The translations under genes and the position numbers were made by a program. The notes beneath the pieces are model-generated. The model was not told the origin of the DNA. It saw nothing but the letters and a program-made list of their open reading frames with translations, and ran no database searches. Of a DNA stretch of 64,000 nt, positions 20,731 through 30,017 are shown piece by piece (the stretch's first letter is position 1; each line of letters starts with the position of its first letter). The DNA lies in IMG/VR virus record IMGVR_UViG_3300020042_013351, positions 1 through 64,000 of that record. One strand, 5' to 3'. This stretch comes from a virus (lineage: Duplodnaviria; Caudoviricetes).

Positions 20731-21615
20731 TTATTTATTCAAACCTAGTAACTTAATGAGATTGGTCATGTTTTGTTGACCAAAAAAAGTTTTTCTCCAA
20801 CTTGCAGCATTATCAACAATGTTATTCAAATGCAGCTGCTTGCAAGCATCAATGAATGCATCAAAGCTAGGAACATGATTGAGTTGTTGCAGCTGTTGTT
20901 GCATGCGCACCAATTCATTGGGTTGATAGTTGTATGACTCATGCAAGTTCATCATTTTATCATTGTGTTGATATTGCAACACTTGCTCTTGACTCAAAAT
21001 CTGCAACATATCCGCAATGCCTGTAGCAATCTTTTTGGCTTTGCTGGGTGTTGTTACTTTGGCAATGTTGTCAGATGCATCTCCAATCAAACACTTGAAC
21101 ATCAAAAATGATTCACGAGCTATGCCTGCAAACTCTTCAAAGTTGTTGGGTGTTATGACCACCTTTTTGGTGAGGCTGTACATATGCACATCATTGCTGA
21201 CCAATTGCAGCAAATCTCTGTCAGATGATACAATGATTTTTTTGCCAGGCAGCTCACGAGTCAAAAAAGCAATGACGTCATCAGCCTCCAGACAGAATGG
21301 GTAGATATTGTAAACACCCAAATGATCAACCAACATTTCAATTTCTTGAGACTTTTCATAAACTGCAGCACCAATGGTTTTATCTCTATTTACTTTGTAT
21401 GTTTCAGATGCAATTTGTTTGCGAAAGCTTTTTTGTGTATGGTCCAACGTAGCATCCCATGCGCAATATACTGCTGCAGGTTTAAACATATCAATGTAAC
21501 TTTTGAGAGAACGCAAAAACAATAACACCTGCATGTTGCTGCCCTGTTCGTAACTCTTTTGAGACATATGAAAAGAGCGGTGAATGATGTTGCTGGCGTC
21601 AATTAGAAGATTCAT
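20731..21615 (-). CDS. rnh: 5'-3' exonuclease, T4 RNase H-like
   Basis: LLIDASNIIHR, LEADDVIA, IVSSDRDLLQL, LIGDASDNI; start set at MNLLIDAS (21651 also possible). Confidence 0.85.
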   Translation of the reverse strand: MNLLIDASNIIHRSFHMSQKSYEQGSNMQVLLFLRSLKSYIDMFKPAAVYCAWDATLDHTQKSFRKQIASETYKVNRDKTIGAAVYEKSQEIEMLVDHLGVYNIYPFCLEADDVIAFLTRELPGKKIIVSSDRDLLQLVSNDVHMYSLTKKVVITPNNFEEFAGIARESFLMFKCLIGDASDNIAKVTTPSKAKKIATGIADMLQILSQEQVLQYQHNDKMMNLHESYNYQPNELVRMQQQLQQLNHVPSFDAFIDACKQLHLNNIVDNAASWRKTFFGQQNMTNLIKLLGLNK

Positions 21616-21892
21616 TTTTTTGGTATTGTTGTTCAACTGTAGTAGAGACATCTGTAGGCAGACTCTTTACATGTTCCAATATACCATTCTTTAAACCAAA
21701 ATCAAACTTTTCCTTGGGAATATTTCTGTTGGCCATGCTGGGTATGCTCAAAAAACAATGATGCGTCATGGAGCTGCACACATAAATCAAAATTTCTCCT
21801 ACAAAACTACCACAAGTTACAGCATATGATGCTGTGTGATGTGGATGCACTAATGGCTGTTTGTGGAAAAGTGATGTAATGAATTTAAACAT
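21599..21892 (-). CDS. Hypothetical protein
   Basis: 97-aa ORF in operon. Confidence 0.5.
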   Translation of the reverse strand: MFKFITSLFHKQPLVHPHHTASYAVTCGSFVGEILIYVCSSMTHHCFLSIPSMANRNIPKEKFDFGLKNGILEHVKSLPTDVSTTVEQQYQKNESSN

Positions 21893-21895
21893 GCA

Positions 21896-22234
21896 TCAAT
21901 CATTGTTAAAAAAAGTAGAGTTGCTGCTCATCATAAATTTTTGCATTGCAAAAGACAATGCATCTGCTTCTTGACCATTGTGGGCATTTATGATCTTTAT
22001 AGGTGTACCATGAAAGTCATACCCAATGATTATAAATGCTTGCAGAAACTCTTGCAACGTTGCTGCAGCAGCTGCTGCACAGTCTTCTTTGTAAAATTTT
22101 CTAGAGTTGGTCTTGATGTAATTGAGCAAAGCATCTTTTATAACATTTGATGCTTCTTTGTCAATTTTTGGTTTTGATGTCTTGTTCTTCTTGGGATTGT
22201 CAGAACTCAATGCATCAGATATGCTGCTATTCAT
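21896..22234 (-). CDS. Hypothetical protein
   Basis: 112-aa ORF in operon, ATGA overlap. Confidence 0.55.
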   Translation of the reverse strand: MNSSISDALSSDNPKKNKTSKPKIDKEASNVIKDALLNYIKTNSRKFYKEDCAAAAAATLQEFLQAFIIIGYDFHGTPIKIINAHNGQEADALSFAMQKFMMSSNSTFFNND

Positions 22235-22551
22235 TTTACCACAGAAGGAGCAACTCCTCGAGACAGCAGTGTTGTAATGATTACTTCAATGCTGGAGGTC
22301 TTGATGGAGAAGTTCTTTGGAAAGTTTTTGCCGCCATCATTGATTTCAAATAAAATCTCGTTGAGGGTGTCTTTGTTTTCATAGCATGTTACATACACAC
22401 TGGATGCACCAGGTTCAAGGAGAATTGTCCAACGACGAGGATCACTCTCAGCATAAGCTGAAAAAATACGATAAGTAATGTAACCATTGTCTTTGAGCCT
22501 TTTGATAAAGTATCCTGCAGTGCTGATTTTGTTGCGTACGTTTTTATTCAT
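22231..22551 (-). CDS. Hypothetical protein
   Basis: 106-aa ORF in operon, ATGA overlap. Confidence 0.55.
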   Translation of the reverse strand: MNKNVRNKISTAGYFIKRLKDNGYITYRIFSAYAESDPRRWTILLEPGASSVYVTCYENKDTLNEILFEINDGGKNFPKNFSIKTSSIEVIITTLLSRGVAPSVVK

Positions 22552-23258
22552 GATGTAAATGCAGATGTAATATACTTTAATTTATAGTTGTCATTGAAAA
22601 TATCAATGCATACAACACCATGTTGTTCATTGACACGCACTGTTATACTACTATTATTGTTATAACTCAAACTTCTGATAAAATCAAGGTTGATAGGAAT
22701 AGCATCAAATGATTTTGAATACTCTCCAAGAATCAGTTCAATGCTATCAATGTTGTGTCTTGACTTGTCTGTTAATTCACCGTGCAGCAGTGTTCCATCA
22801 CAGCTCAGATAAAGTTTATTAGAGTCATTTGCAAATGAGCTAGCTTTGCAGAGATCTGTGAGAGTTTGGCACCCCATGGTGAATGAAATATCATATTCAA
22901 AAGACTGAATTTTTTTAATGTTGATGAGAGGTTGTGAGAGGATTCCATTGTCGAGCAAATGATATTTAAATCGAACCATGGGAGATTTGTATTCCAAATT
23001 GTTGTTATTTACCTTGAAAGTAAATTCATTGTTGACATGATCCAATGCTCTGGTAAGTTTTGATAGACTAGGCATATTGATGAAGCCAGAATACTCTGAC
23101 TTGCAAGACATACTGCCATACAAAAAGCAAGTATTGTCTGGAGTACCAATGAGACACGACAAAGCATCTGCTGTTGTTAACAAAATAGCTGAATCATTAA
23201 TTTTGTTAACAGCTTTGAGGAATTGCACAAAGCTCTCTGGCAGTATAAGTTGGCTCAT
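22548..23258 (-). CDS. Sliding clamp, T4 gp45-like
   Basis: 236 aa; FLKAVNKIN, INMPSLSKLTRAL, RFKYHLLD pattern; location in the replication module. Confidence 0.7.
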   Translation of the reverse strand: MSQLILPESFVQFLKAVNKINDSAILLTTADALSCLIGTPDNTCFLYGSMSCKSEYSGFINMPSLSKLTRALDHVNNEFTFKVNNNNLEYKSPMVRFKYHLLDNGILSQPLINIKKIQSFEYDISFTMGCQTLTDLCKASSFANDSNKLYLSCDGTLLHGELTDKSRHNIDSIELILGEYSKSFDAIPINLDFIRSLSYNNNSSITVRVNEQHGVVCIDIFNDNYKLKYITSAFTS

Positions 23259-23270
23259 GATACTAATATA

Positions 23271-23852
23271 TCACTGATTGTCTTTATTCCACTCTTTAAC
23301 TGCATTTTTAGCTGATGCATGTTCTTGTGTGGTGCATGCATTGCAGTTGCTGCATTTAACTTCAAATGCATTGGTTGCAAGTGAGATTGTTGCTTTGGAT
23401 CCACATAAAATACAATCACTGATTTTCTTCTTGGGTGCTGGTTGAGTCTTTTTGTTATCCAGCATAATCTTTTTAATGTCATACAAGATGTTGTAAATAT
23501 CTTGCAATACATTTTTTTCAGCTTGTTTAAAGTTGAATTCAAGCTGAGAATCATCTTGCAATGCAGCTGCAGGAGCTGCATGTTGAATAGGCTGTACTTG
23601 CACTGCTTGCGGCTGTGTAAAAACAGGACTCTGAACTGGTGGTAATTCCAGTTCAGAGTCATTGTTTGGTTGTACAGCAAAAGGAGTTGTAGCCAATGTT
23701 TCGAATTGACGTTTGAGGGAGTCACTGCGCCCTGCAAATTTAGCATTGCTACCAGCTGCAGCAATGTGTGTGTCAATTTCTTTCAATTGCCCGTATGTGT
23801 GTCCCAAGAGACCCAAAAGAGCGCGGTGCTGTTCAATTTGCTGTGATTCCAT
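23271..23852 (-). CDS. Hypothetical protein with C-terminal Lar-like zinc ribbon
   Basis: CILCG...VKCSNC...AVKEWN. Confidence 0.55.
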   Translation of the reverse strand: MESQQIEQHRALLGLLGHTYGQLKEIDTHIAAAGSNAKFAGRSDSLKRQFETLATTPFAVQPNNDSELELPPVQSPVFTQPQAVQVQPIQHAAPAAALQDDSQLEFNFKQAEKNVLQDIYNILYDIKKIMLDNKKTQPAPKKKISDCILCGSKATISLATNAFEVKCSNCNACTTQEHASAKNAVKEWNKDNQ

Positions 23853-23855
23853 GTT

Positions 23856-24701
23856 TTAAATGCCTTCTAAAAGAGCCCGCATCTTGGCATCATCATCATC
23901 GTCAAATGCTGGCGGTGAGTCAGAGCTTTCTGCAGGTGGTTGCACGTAGTTATGAACAGATGCAGAAGATGCAAATGATTCTGTTGCTGGAGCAGCACTT
24001 TTACTAGCAAAATAATGTTCATCAAGCATTATTTTGAGTTCCTCATAAGATTTAACAGTCAACACACTTTTGAGTTCAGTTGTATTCTCATAGATTTTAT
24101 CAATCTGATCTGCACTCAACTTGAGATCAACAGATGATGTAAAGCGGCTGGCAGTATAGTTTGCATAACCACCTTGGTCATCAACTTTGATTTTCAAGTT
24201 GACACCATTTGGTGACAAGTCAAATACTTTGATGCCAAATTCATCAGCATCTTCACCGTTGATGGCACTGTCAATGATGTTGTGCAACTGCTTGCCAAAT
24301 CTCAACAGCTTGACTTTGCCATTGTTGTCAGGATTAGTTGGATCATTGATAACATACACATTGGCCAGCCACTTTTCAGCACGCTTGACGTTTTTGATTT
24401 TTTCTTTGTCAGCATCAGAACCTGCACGGTATGCACGAATGCGTTCTTCTGCAATAGGATCACGTTCGCCCCATGATGTTGGTGATACAGCTTGAACATA
24501 GCCACCAGTACTGAAGCTGTTCCAGCCAAAATTGTAGTAATGAAGCAGAGTATTTTCTGGATCTGCGACGTTGGGCAAAAGTCTTACAAGATATGTTTTA
24601 TCTTTTTCAAGAGTCAAAATGTCTCTGGTTGCGCTTTTGGTATTCTTTTGCTTGTTGAGTGCATCTTTGATGCTTTCAAACATGGATGAGTTGAATTTCA
24701 T
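23856..24701 (-). CDS. Single-stranded DNA-binding protein, T4 gp32-like
   Basis: VRLLP, WLANVYVINDPTNPDNNGKVKLLRFGKQL, GYANY; acidic C-terminal tail. Confidence 0.85.
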   Translation of the reverse strand: MKFNSSMFESIKDALNKQKNTKSATRDILTLEKDKTYLVRLLPNVADPENTLLHYYNFGWNSFSTGGYVQAVSPTSWGERDPIAEERIRAYRAGSDADKEKIKNVKRAEKWLANVYVINDPTNPDNNGKVKLLRFGKQLHNIIDSAINGEDADEFGIKVFDLSPNGVNLKIKVDDQGGYANYTASRFTSSVDLKLSADQIDKIYENTTELKSVLTVKSYEELKIMLDEHYFASKSAAPATESFASSASVHNYVQPPAESSDSPPAFDDDDDAKMRALLEGI

Positions 24702-24720
24702 ATTGTTATTGTAGTTTAGT

Positions 24721-25377
24721 TTATGTTGTTTGTTTTGCTAGGCTTGTTGTTGTTATTTTTTGATATGCTTGTCTTGCATTGTCCTTACATTTGTTGGATG
24801 TAATGAATTTGGACATGTATGTGCTTAGTTTTTTGCTAAGATTATTGCCGATGATTTCATCTAGGTGTTGTGCACTGCCATTGAGTTGTTTGTCTGCATC
24901 TGGAAATGCAAGCAGTGCATATATATTTATGCTAAATTGTTGTAAATGCAATACAAACCATGCAATGTCTGCAGGTGTTTTAGCATGCATATAGTGTTGA
25001 AAATCAATGTTGTTCATCTTGCAAAATTTGTAAATGAAAATCATTGATTCTTTGATTTTATCCAAATTCCATTGACTGTCTGCACTCATCATTTGCTCAT
25101 AGTTGTACAATGAAAACAACTTGATGGCTCGCATGCTCTTGTAAAATGGCAATTTGATGTGACCACTTTCTTGCATCTTGAATGGTGCATCAAAAAAGTC
25201 TTTAATGTTGATATTGGGAAATTTTTGCAACAACATTGCTATTTGTTTGCATGCTACAACGTTTTCACTGTCCAAGTCATCAAACTGTTTGCGTGGTGAG
25301 AATGGTTTGTTGTTGTGTGTCCTGCTAGCGTAAAGATATTGATTGTATATCTTCTTTTCAAATTCACTCAATTGCAT
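24721..25377 (-). CDS. Hypothetical protein (possible gp59-like helicase loader)
   Basis: 218 aa, basic and helical, next to SSB; assignment mostly positional. Confidence 0.35.
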   Translation of the reverse strand: MQLSEFEKKIYNQYLYASRTHNNKPFSPRKQFDDLDSENVVACKQIAMLLQKFPNINIKDFFDAPFKMQESGHIKLPFYKSMRAIKLFSLYNYEQMMSADSQWNLDKIKESMIFIYKFCKMNNIDFQHYMHAKTPADIAWFVLHLQQFSINIYALLAFPDADKQLNGSAQHLDEIIGNNLSKKLSTYMSKFITSNKCKDNARQAYQKITTTSLAKQTT

Positions 25378-25555
25378 CTTTTAACTCAACTGTAATGTCA
25401 TTTGCCCACTTTACAACTCTTTTCAAGCTAAACTTTGAAAAATGATAATCACTGTCCTGTGTTCTCATGAATTTACCATATCCACGCAATTCTTCTGCGA
25501 TTGTATTTGCAGTACGAATGAGATGCTGCAACTCATAGGGAGTAAACTGTTTCAT
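25364..25555 (-). CDS. Small hypothetical protein
   Basis: 63 aa, overlapped at both ends within the operon. Confidence 0.5.
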   Translation of the reverse strand: MKQFTPYELQHLIRTANTIAEELRGYGKFMRTQDSDYHFSKFSLKRVVKWANDITVELKDAIE

Positions 25556-25818
25556 TTCAATCCATATTTAATGGAGTTGAGGTATTTTGAAATGTATTTG
25601 CTTTTGCAAAGATTGGGCTCGTAGTCAACAAAGATTTTAAAGATTTGATAATCAGTTTCAAGATCCAGCATGGTCTTAAAAATGTCTCTGTATTTTTTGT
25701 TTTTTAGCAGCAGCAAAAAGATGTTGGGAAGGTTGAGTTTCTTGCCATGCAAGATTGTTAAAAAGCTGCAAAATGCTAGCAAGTAATACTCTGTTTCTTG
25801 TTGTTCAAATAAATTCAT
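25552..25818 (-). CDS. Hypothetical protein
   Basis: 88 aa, ATGA overlaps. Confidence 0.55.
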   Translation of the reverse strand: MNLFEQQETEYYLLAFCSFLTILHGKKLNLPNIFLLLLKNKKYRDIFKTMLDLETDYQIFKIFVDYEPNLCKSKYISKYLNSIKYGLK

Positions 25819-26693
25819 ACTAGTTGCAATGTCTGTGTAAAATTTATAAATGTTTGTGTCAATTTGCCACCAGCAGCTTGTGCATGACCGCCACCTTCAC
25901 ATAATTTTTGGGCCAGCAAAGATACATCAGCTGTACATGTTTTGCTGCAACGAAACGAAACAGTCTCTCGATCCACATTGACCATCATCAAAATATCAGC
26001 ATCAGTAACAGCAAACACGTGCTGTGATACTTCTGAATGACATGTGGTACAGAACGTTGCAATGCATTTGTGTTGATTGATTTTGCCTTGATACATCTTC
26101 AAATCATTGATGATGTTTTTGACTCTGCTGGCATGAATTGCCAAAGCAGCTTGATGTCGTGAAGAAAATCCAGTGAAACCTTTTTGAAAATCTTTGCTGA
26201 ATTCAATGACCCTGTTGCCCTGCAGTGTCCAAAAAATGTTGTTGAGATCCTGTGATTGTTTGAGACTGTTGGTACCGCTGTCAAAATCACTGGTCAATGC
26301 AATGAGCATTTTCTGTTGAGCATTTAGAAAGTCTTGTTTGATTTTGAATGTTTCATGAATTAACTGAGCAGTGGATTTACAATCTTTGACAATGGCTTTG
26401 CAGTGCTTGTAATTGGCAGCTTGCGTGAAGTGAGTTTTGTGGTGATCAAAAATTATAACATTGGCACTGTCAACCAAATCCGCAATGTCTGTGGTATCCA
26501 AGTCCAAAATGTAAATCTTTTCATAATCAGATGCTTTGTTGGTTTGAAGCCACGCAAGATAACATTCACGCAGTTTAGCACCAGTGCATACACGTGGAAT
26601 CAAGTTGATGCCTGGCTTATACCAACTCAACACCAAAAACGATGCTGCACCATCCAGATCTGCATCTGTCCATACTATAGTTTCCTTAGACAT
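25815..26693 (-). CDS. DHH/DHHA1 phosphoesterase
   Basis: DADLDG, ILDL, IFDHHK and GGGHAQAAG motifs. Confidence 0.85.
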   Translation of the reverse strand: MSKETIVWTDADLDGAASFLVLSWYKPGINLIPRVCTGAKLRECYLAWLQTNKASDYEKIYILDLDTTDIADLVDSANVIIFDHHKTHFTQAANYKHCKAIVKDCKSTAQLIHETFKIKQDFLNAQQKMLIALTSDFDSGTNSLKQSQDLNNIFWTLQGNRVIEFSKDFQKGFTGFSSRHQAALAIHASRVKNIINDLKMYQGKINQHKCIATFCTTCHSEVSQHVFAVTDADILMMVNVDRETVSFRCSKTCTADVSLLAQKLCEGGGHAQAAGGKLTQTFINFTQTLQLV

Positions 26694-26706
26694 TGTTGTT
26701 AATTTA

Positions 26707-26727
26707 TGAGTTTATATATAAAACTCA
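26707..26727. promoter_or_regulatory. Intergenic hairpin
   Basis: TGAGTTT-atatata-AAACTCA perfect 7-bp stem; function unknown. Confidence 0.35.
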
Positions 26728-26728
26728 A

Positions 26729-26896
26729 CTATTGCATTGCTTTTGCAATTAAAGTAGCACAACGGTACAAACTTGCTTCCAATTGCATGATGGTTCTTTC
26801 ATTGGTTGATTTAATAGGTAACTTATTCATATAATCTACATAAAAGAATGCATTCTGTGCAGACACATTCAAAAGTGATAAATTGCTTGCTGTCAT
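26729..26896 (-). CDS. Small hypothetical protein (55 aa, not in ORF track)
   Basis: MTASNLSLLNVSAQNAFF...LIAKAMQ; minus-strand TAAATA at 26908..26913. Confidence 0.45.
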   Translation of the reverse strand: MTASNLSLLNVSAQNAFFYVDYMNKLPIKSTNERTIMQLEASLYRCATLIAKAMQ

Positions 26897-26914
26897 TTGA
26901 TTGTGTGTATTTAA

Positions 26915-28237
26915 TCAATGTGCTAACATGCGTAATGAATTTGCTGCATCCTCAGAATCCTGAGTCATGCTGTTGAGCTGTTCATCTTCACTCAATGTCA
27001 AAGTAGAATAATCAATCCTAAATGCATTGCTGCCAGAGTTGATGCCAAAACGATTTTTAAGCAATGATGTACGCATGATGCCCAGCTCTTTGTCACCATC
27101 TCCTTGCCACAAGCTTCCTACAAAGTCAGATGTAGCTCCTAATGCATAACTTTCGCTGACTGTTGTCAGGTCAGGTTCATTGACATTGGTGCCACTTCGG
27201 TTGGTTTGTGTAACAGTGACCAATGGACAGTTGAATGCATAAGTCATTGCTCGAGTTTCTTCTGCAATGTATTTGATGCGTTCATAACTGTTGTTGCCTT
27301 TGGTGGTGGTCAACAGATTCAAGTAATCCAACACAATCAAATCAATCTTGATGTTGCGTTTTTGCAATTTGCGCAAATACACTTCAATGGCTCTGGGAGT
27401 CATGGTACTGGGCGGAAACTCTTTGATAAACACCTTGCAGTTGCTGTTGAATTCTTTGAGGTTATCCATTTGTGCGCGCACAATGTCAATGTCTCTGGCA
27501 AGTGAATTGATACCCACCTTGGTTAAGTTGGCAGTCAGTCGTTTGGCATACATGGTCTCAGACATTTCAAGAGAAATGACTACTACATTCTTTCCTTGCA
27601 GCGCCACATTGCATGCAATGTTGCCTAGAATGATGCTTTTGCCAATGTTGGTCTGTCCTGCAAATACATACATGGCACGGCCATTTCTTTGCAGCCCTCC
27701 TCCTAGCTTTTCATCCAACCACTTGAAGCCAGTGGGTATGGTTGGCTCTGGATTCATCAACTCTTGCTCAACTTTGCTGAAGTCTTTGAGCAAATCCAAT
27801 CCTAAATCTGGAATCAAACTCACATTGCATGATTTTTCAAACTTGTCCAGAATCAAGCTGGTATCAATGTTGCCTGCTCCAACATCCTGGGCTACAGCCA
27901 TCATTGCTTCATAGATGCCTCGTTCTTTCAAAAACCGTTCTGTATTTTCATACAATTCTTCTCTGTTGAGAGCTTTGTCTATGCTGGAAATGCTGTTGAC
28001 TGCATTTTTAAACTTCTGTTTGTCAGAGTCTGTTGACAAATAACTTTTGATTTCAGTAGTTGTAGGAATGCTTTTGCGTTTTTCATAAAAGCTGCATACA
28101 ATCTCAAATACAAGTCTCAAGTTTGCATCTGAGAAGTATGAGGGCTTGACATAATCAATGACACTTGCCAAGTACTCATCATCTGTAATGCTTTTGAAAG
28201 CAATTACCTTCTCCATCCAATCTAAGTCCAATTTCAT
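26915..28237 (-). CDS. Replicative DNA helicase, T4 gp41-like
   Basis: FAGQTNIGKS Walker A, SLEMSE, IVLDYLNLL, VTQTNRSG, KNRFG; start set at MKLDLDW. Confidence 0.92.
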   Translation of the reverse strand: MKLDLDWMEKVIAFKSITDDEYLASVIDYVKPSYFSDANLRLVFEIVCSFYEKRKSIPTTTEIKSYLSTDSDKQKFKNAVNSISSIDKALNREELYENTERFLKERGIYEAMMAVAQDVGAGNIDTSLILDKFEKSCNVSLIPDLGLDLLKDFSKVEQELMNPEPTIPTGFKWLDEKLGGGLQRNGRAMYVFAGQTNIGKSIILGNIACNVALQGKNVVVISLEMSETMYAKRLTANLTKVGINSLARDIDIVRAQMDNLKEFNSNCKVFIKEFPPSTMTPRAIEVYLRKLQKRNIKIDLIVLDYLNLLTTTKGNNSYERIKYIAEETRAMTYAFNCPLVTVTQTNRSGTNVNEPDLTTVSESYALGATSDFVGSLWQGDGDKELGIMRTSLLKNRFGINSGSNAFRIDYSTLTLSEDEQLNSMTQDSEDAANSLRMLAH

Positions 28238-28247
28238 ATGTATATTA

Positions 28248-28928
28248 TTATTGCTGAAAGTACAATTGCAAAAACTTTTTATTGCTTGCAGACCACTTGT
28301 CATCATCCAAGCTCAATAAACCAGGTGATTGATGAAATACATTGATGGGATACACTCCAACTCTCATGCCACATTTGTTAGCATCAATGCAAGATGCAAT
28401 GTCATAATGATGAAAGTCAAAATTTTCATTCCACTGCCAATTCTTTTGCATTGCTGCTGCAACATTGACTGCTACAAACAAGCCATCCACAATTGCTACT
28501 CTTGCAGGTGTTGTTCCAAACCCTGTCATAAATTTAAAACCATCATGCGACAAATGTCCTGCATATCCTCTTTGATGTTCTCTTTTGCTCATGATGTGCC
28601 ACAATGCAGGGTGCTGAATGGTAGGATTGAGTCCTCCTGCAAGGCCAACAATGTCATAATTCAAGTTGTTCATAGCATCATCCAGCTTGCTGTCCAACAA
28701 AGCATCATCCAATGCAACATCATCATGAACGTATACAATGCGCTTATAACTTTTTGCATAGTCTTTGAATGCTGCATTGTACATTTTGCTGAGACCCACT
28801 TGATTGTCACAATACCATTGAGTATCAAAGTCTGCTAATGTTTGTATTTTGCACAAGCTTTGATGCAGCAATGTGTCTTGAGAATGCTTTTTTGTAGTGC
28901 AGCTTACTATCAATGTTGTCGTTTGCAT
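28248..28928 (-). CDS. GT-A fold glycosyltransferase-like protein
   Basis: YVHDDV (DxD), IVGLAG, VDGLFVAV, FHHYDI. Confidence 0.7.
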   Translation of the reverse strand: MQTTTLIVSCTTKKHSQDTLLHQSLCKIQTLADFDTQWYCDNQVGLSKMYNAAFKDYAKSYKRIVYVHDDVALDDALLDSKLDDAMNNLNYDIVGLAGGLNPTIQHPALWHIMSKREHQRGYAGHLSHDGFKFMTGFGTTPARVAIVDGLFVAVNVAAAMQKNWQWNENFDFHHYDIASCIDANKCGMRVGVYPINVFHQSPGLLSLDDDKWSASNKKFLQLYFQQ

Positions 28929-28938
28929 AAATAAAATT

Positions 28939-29292
28939 ATGATTATTTCTGATGTTGTGACTCGTTTGTTGTATTTGTTGATGCAAGTACGTATTTTTCA
29001 TTGGCAAACCACATCTTTTGCACAGCATGAAGCTTTTGGTAAATTTTACGATTCAGTGAATGCATTGTTGGATGAATTTGTAGAAGCATTTCAAGGACGA
29101 TATGAGCGAATCATGTACAATGACTCCATTGTATTAAAAAACATGGATGAAGTTGATGTAAATGTAACATTGGACAGAGTTGTTGACATTTTGGTCAATG
29201 AGATGGATTTAGATGATACTGATTTGCTCAACATACGTGATGAAATCTTGGGTGCAGTCAACAAACTCAAGTATCTTCTGACTCTGCAATGA
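28939..29292 (+). CDS. Ferritin/Dps-like four-helix protein
   Basis: RIFHWQ..FAQHEAFG..DEFVE..RDEI..KLKYLL; TAAATA at 28928..28933, 5 nt before ATG. Confidence 0.7.
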   Translation: MIISDVVTRLLYLLMQVRIFHWQTTSFAQHEAFGKFYDSVNALLDEFVEAFQGRYERIMYNDSIVLKNMDEVDVNVTLDRVVDILVNEMDLDDTDLLNIRDEILGAVNKLKYLLTLQ

Positions 29293-29962
29293 ACAAAAAT
29301 GGGGAATCTGCTGTAAACTTTTCAATGGGTACAATGTTTTTCTCTGCAACATCTATTTTGTAAATGCATCCTTCCCCAAGTTCGCACCACTCTTTGTTTT
29401 TGCAAGGCACAGAACAGAAACAACCAGTGCTCATGTTGGCAAAGATGGTGCTGCCTTGACGACCTAAAAATACTTGTTTAGATTTTTTGTGAACAATCCA
29501 CAGTCCAAAGGTTCCTTTGAGTTCACTCAATGTATTTTTGATGCATGATACAACGGTTTGCTGATCTTGCTGTTCATACATATGCAACAATGCTGGAATT
29601 ACTGCAGTATCAACATTGCTCTGCACTTGTAAATTGTACTTTTCAATGAGCTGCTCTGCATTGGTAAGAACACCATTGTGTGCAACAATCCAATTGTCAT
29701 ATACAAATGGATGTGCATCAGAGTCTTTCCATTTTCTGATGCTGCTGGTGGGCGCCTGGCAATGCCCCAAATGCAATTTGTTGATGTTTACATCTTTGAT
29801 GTCATCAACCTTGGGATGTTTATCAAATCTTTGTATATGAAAAGGCGTATTTTTGTCTCTGGTCAAAAAGCAATGACCATACGCAAATTTGCCACGTTGT
29901 TGAGATGCTTCGTACAAGACATCATACATACTTTTGCTAAAGGCACCCAGAATTCCACACAT
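29267..29962 (-). CDS. Class II (Ntn) glutamine amidotransferase
   Basis: MCGI N-terminal Cys, LGHCQAPT, AHPF, VAHNGVLTN, VDT. Confidence 0.85.
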   Translation of the reverse strand: MCGILGAFSKSMYDVLYEASQQRGKFAYGHCFLTRDKNTPFHIQRFDKHPKVDDIKDVNINKLHLGHCQAPTSSIRKWKDSDAHPFVYDNWIVAHNGVLTNAEQLIEKYNLQVQSNVDTAVIPALLHMYEQQDQQTVVSCIKNTLSELKGTFGLWIVHKKSKQVFLGRQGSTIFANMSTGCFCSVPCKNKEWCELGEGCIYKIDVAEKNIVPIEKFTADSPFLFIAESEDT

Positions 29963-30017
29963 TGTAATTCAATATAATGCATGCATTAAAAAAATCAACA
30001 TTTTACTAAATATACAC

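Noticed and set aside
23856-24701. gp32 lacking the T4 zinc-binding cysteines
   Set aside because: Real, but zinc-free gp32-like SSBs are, to my knowledge, not unusual in distant T4 relatives.
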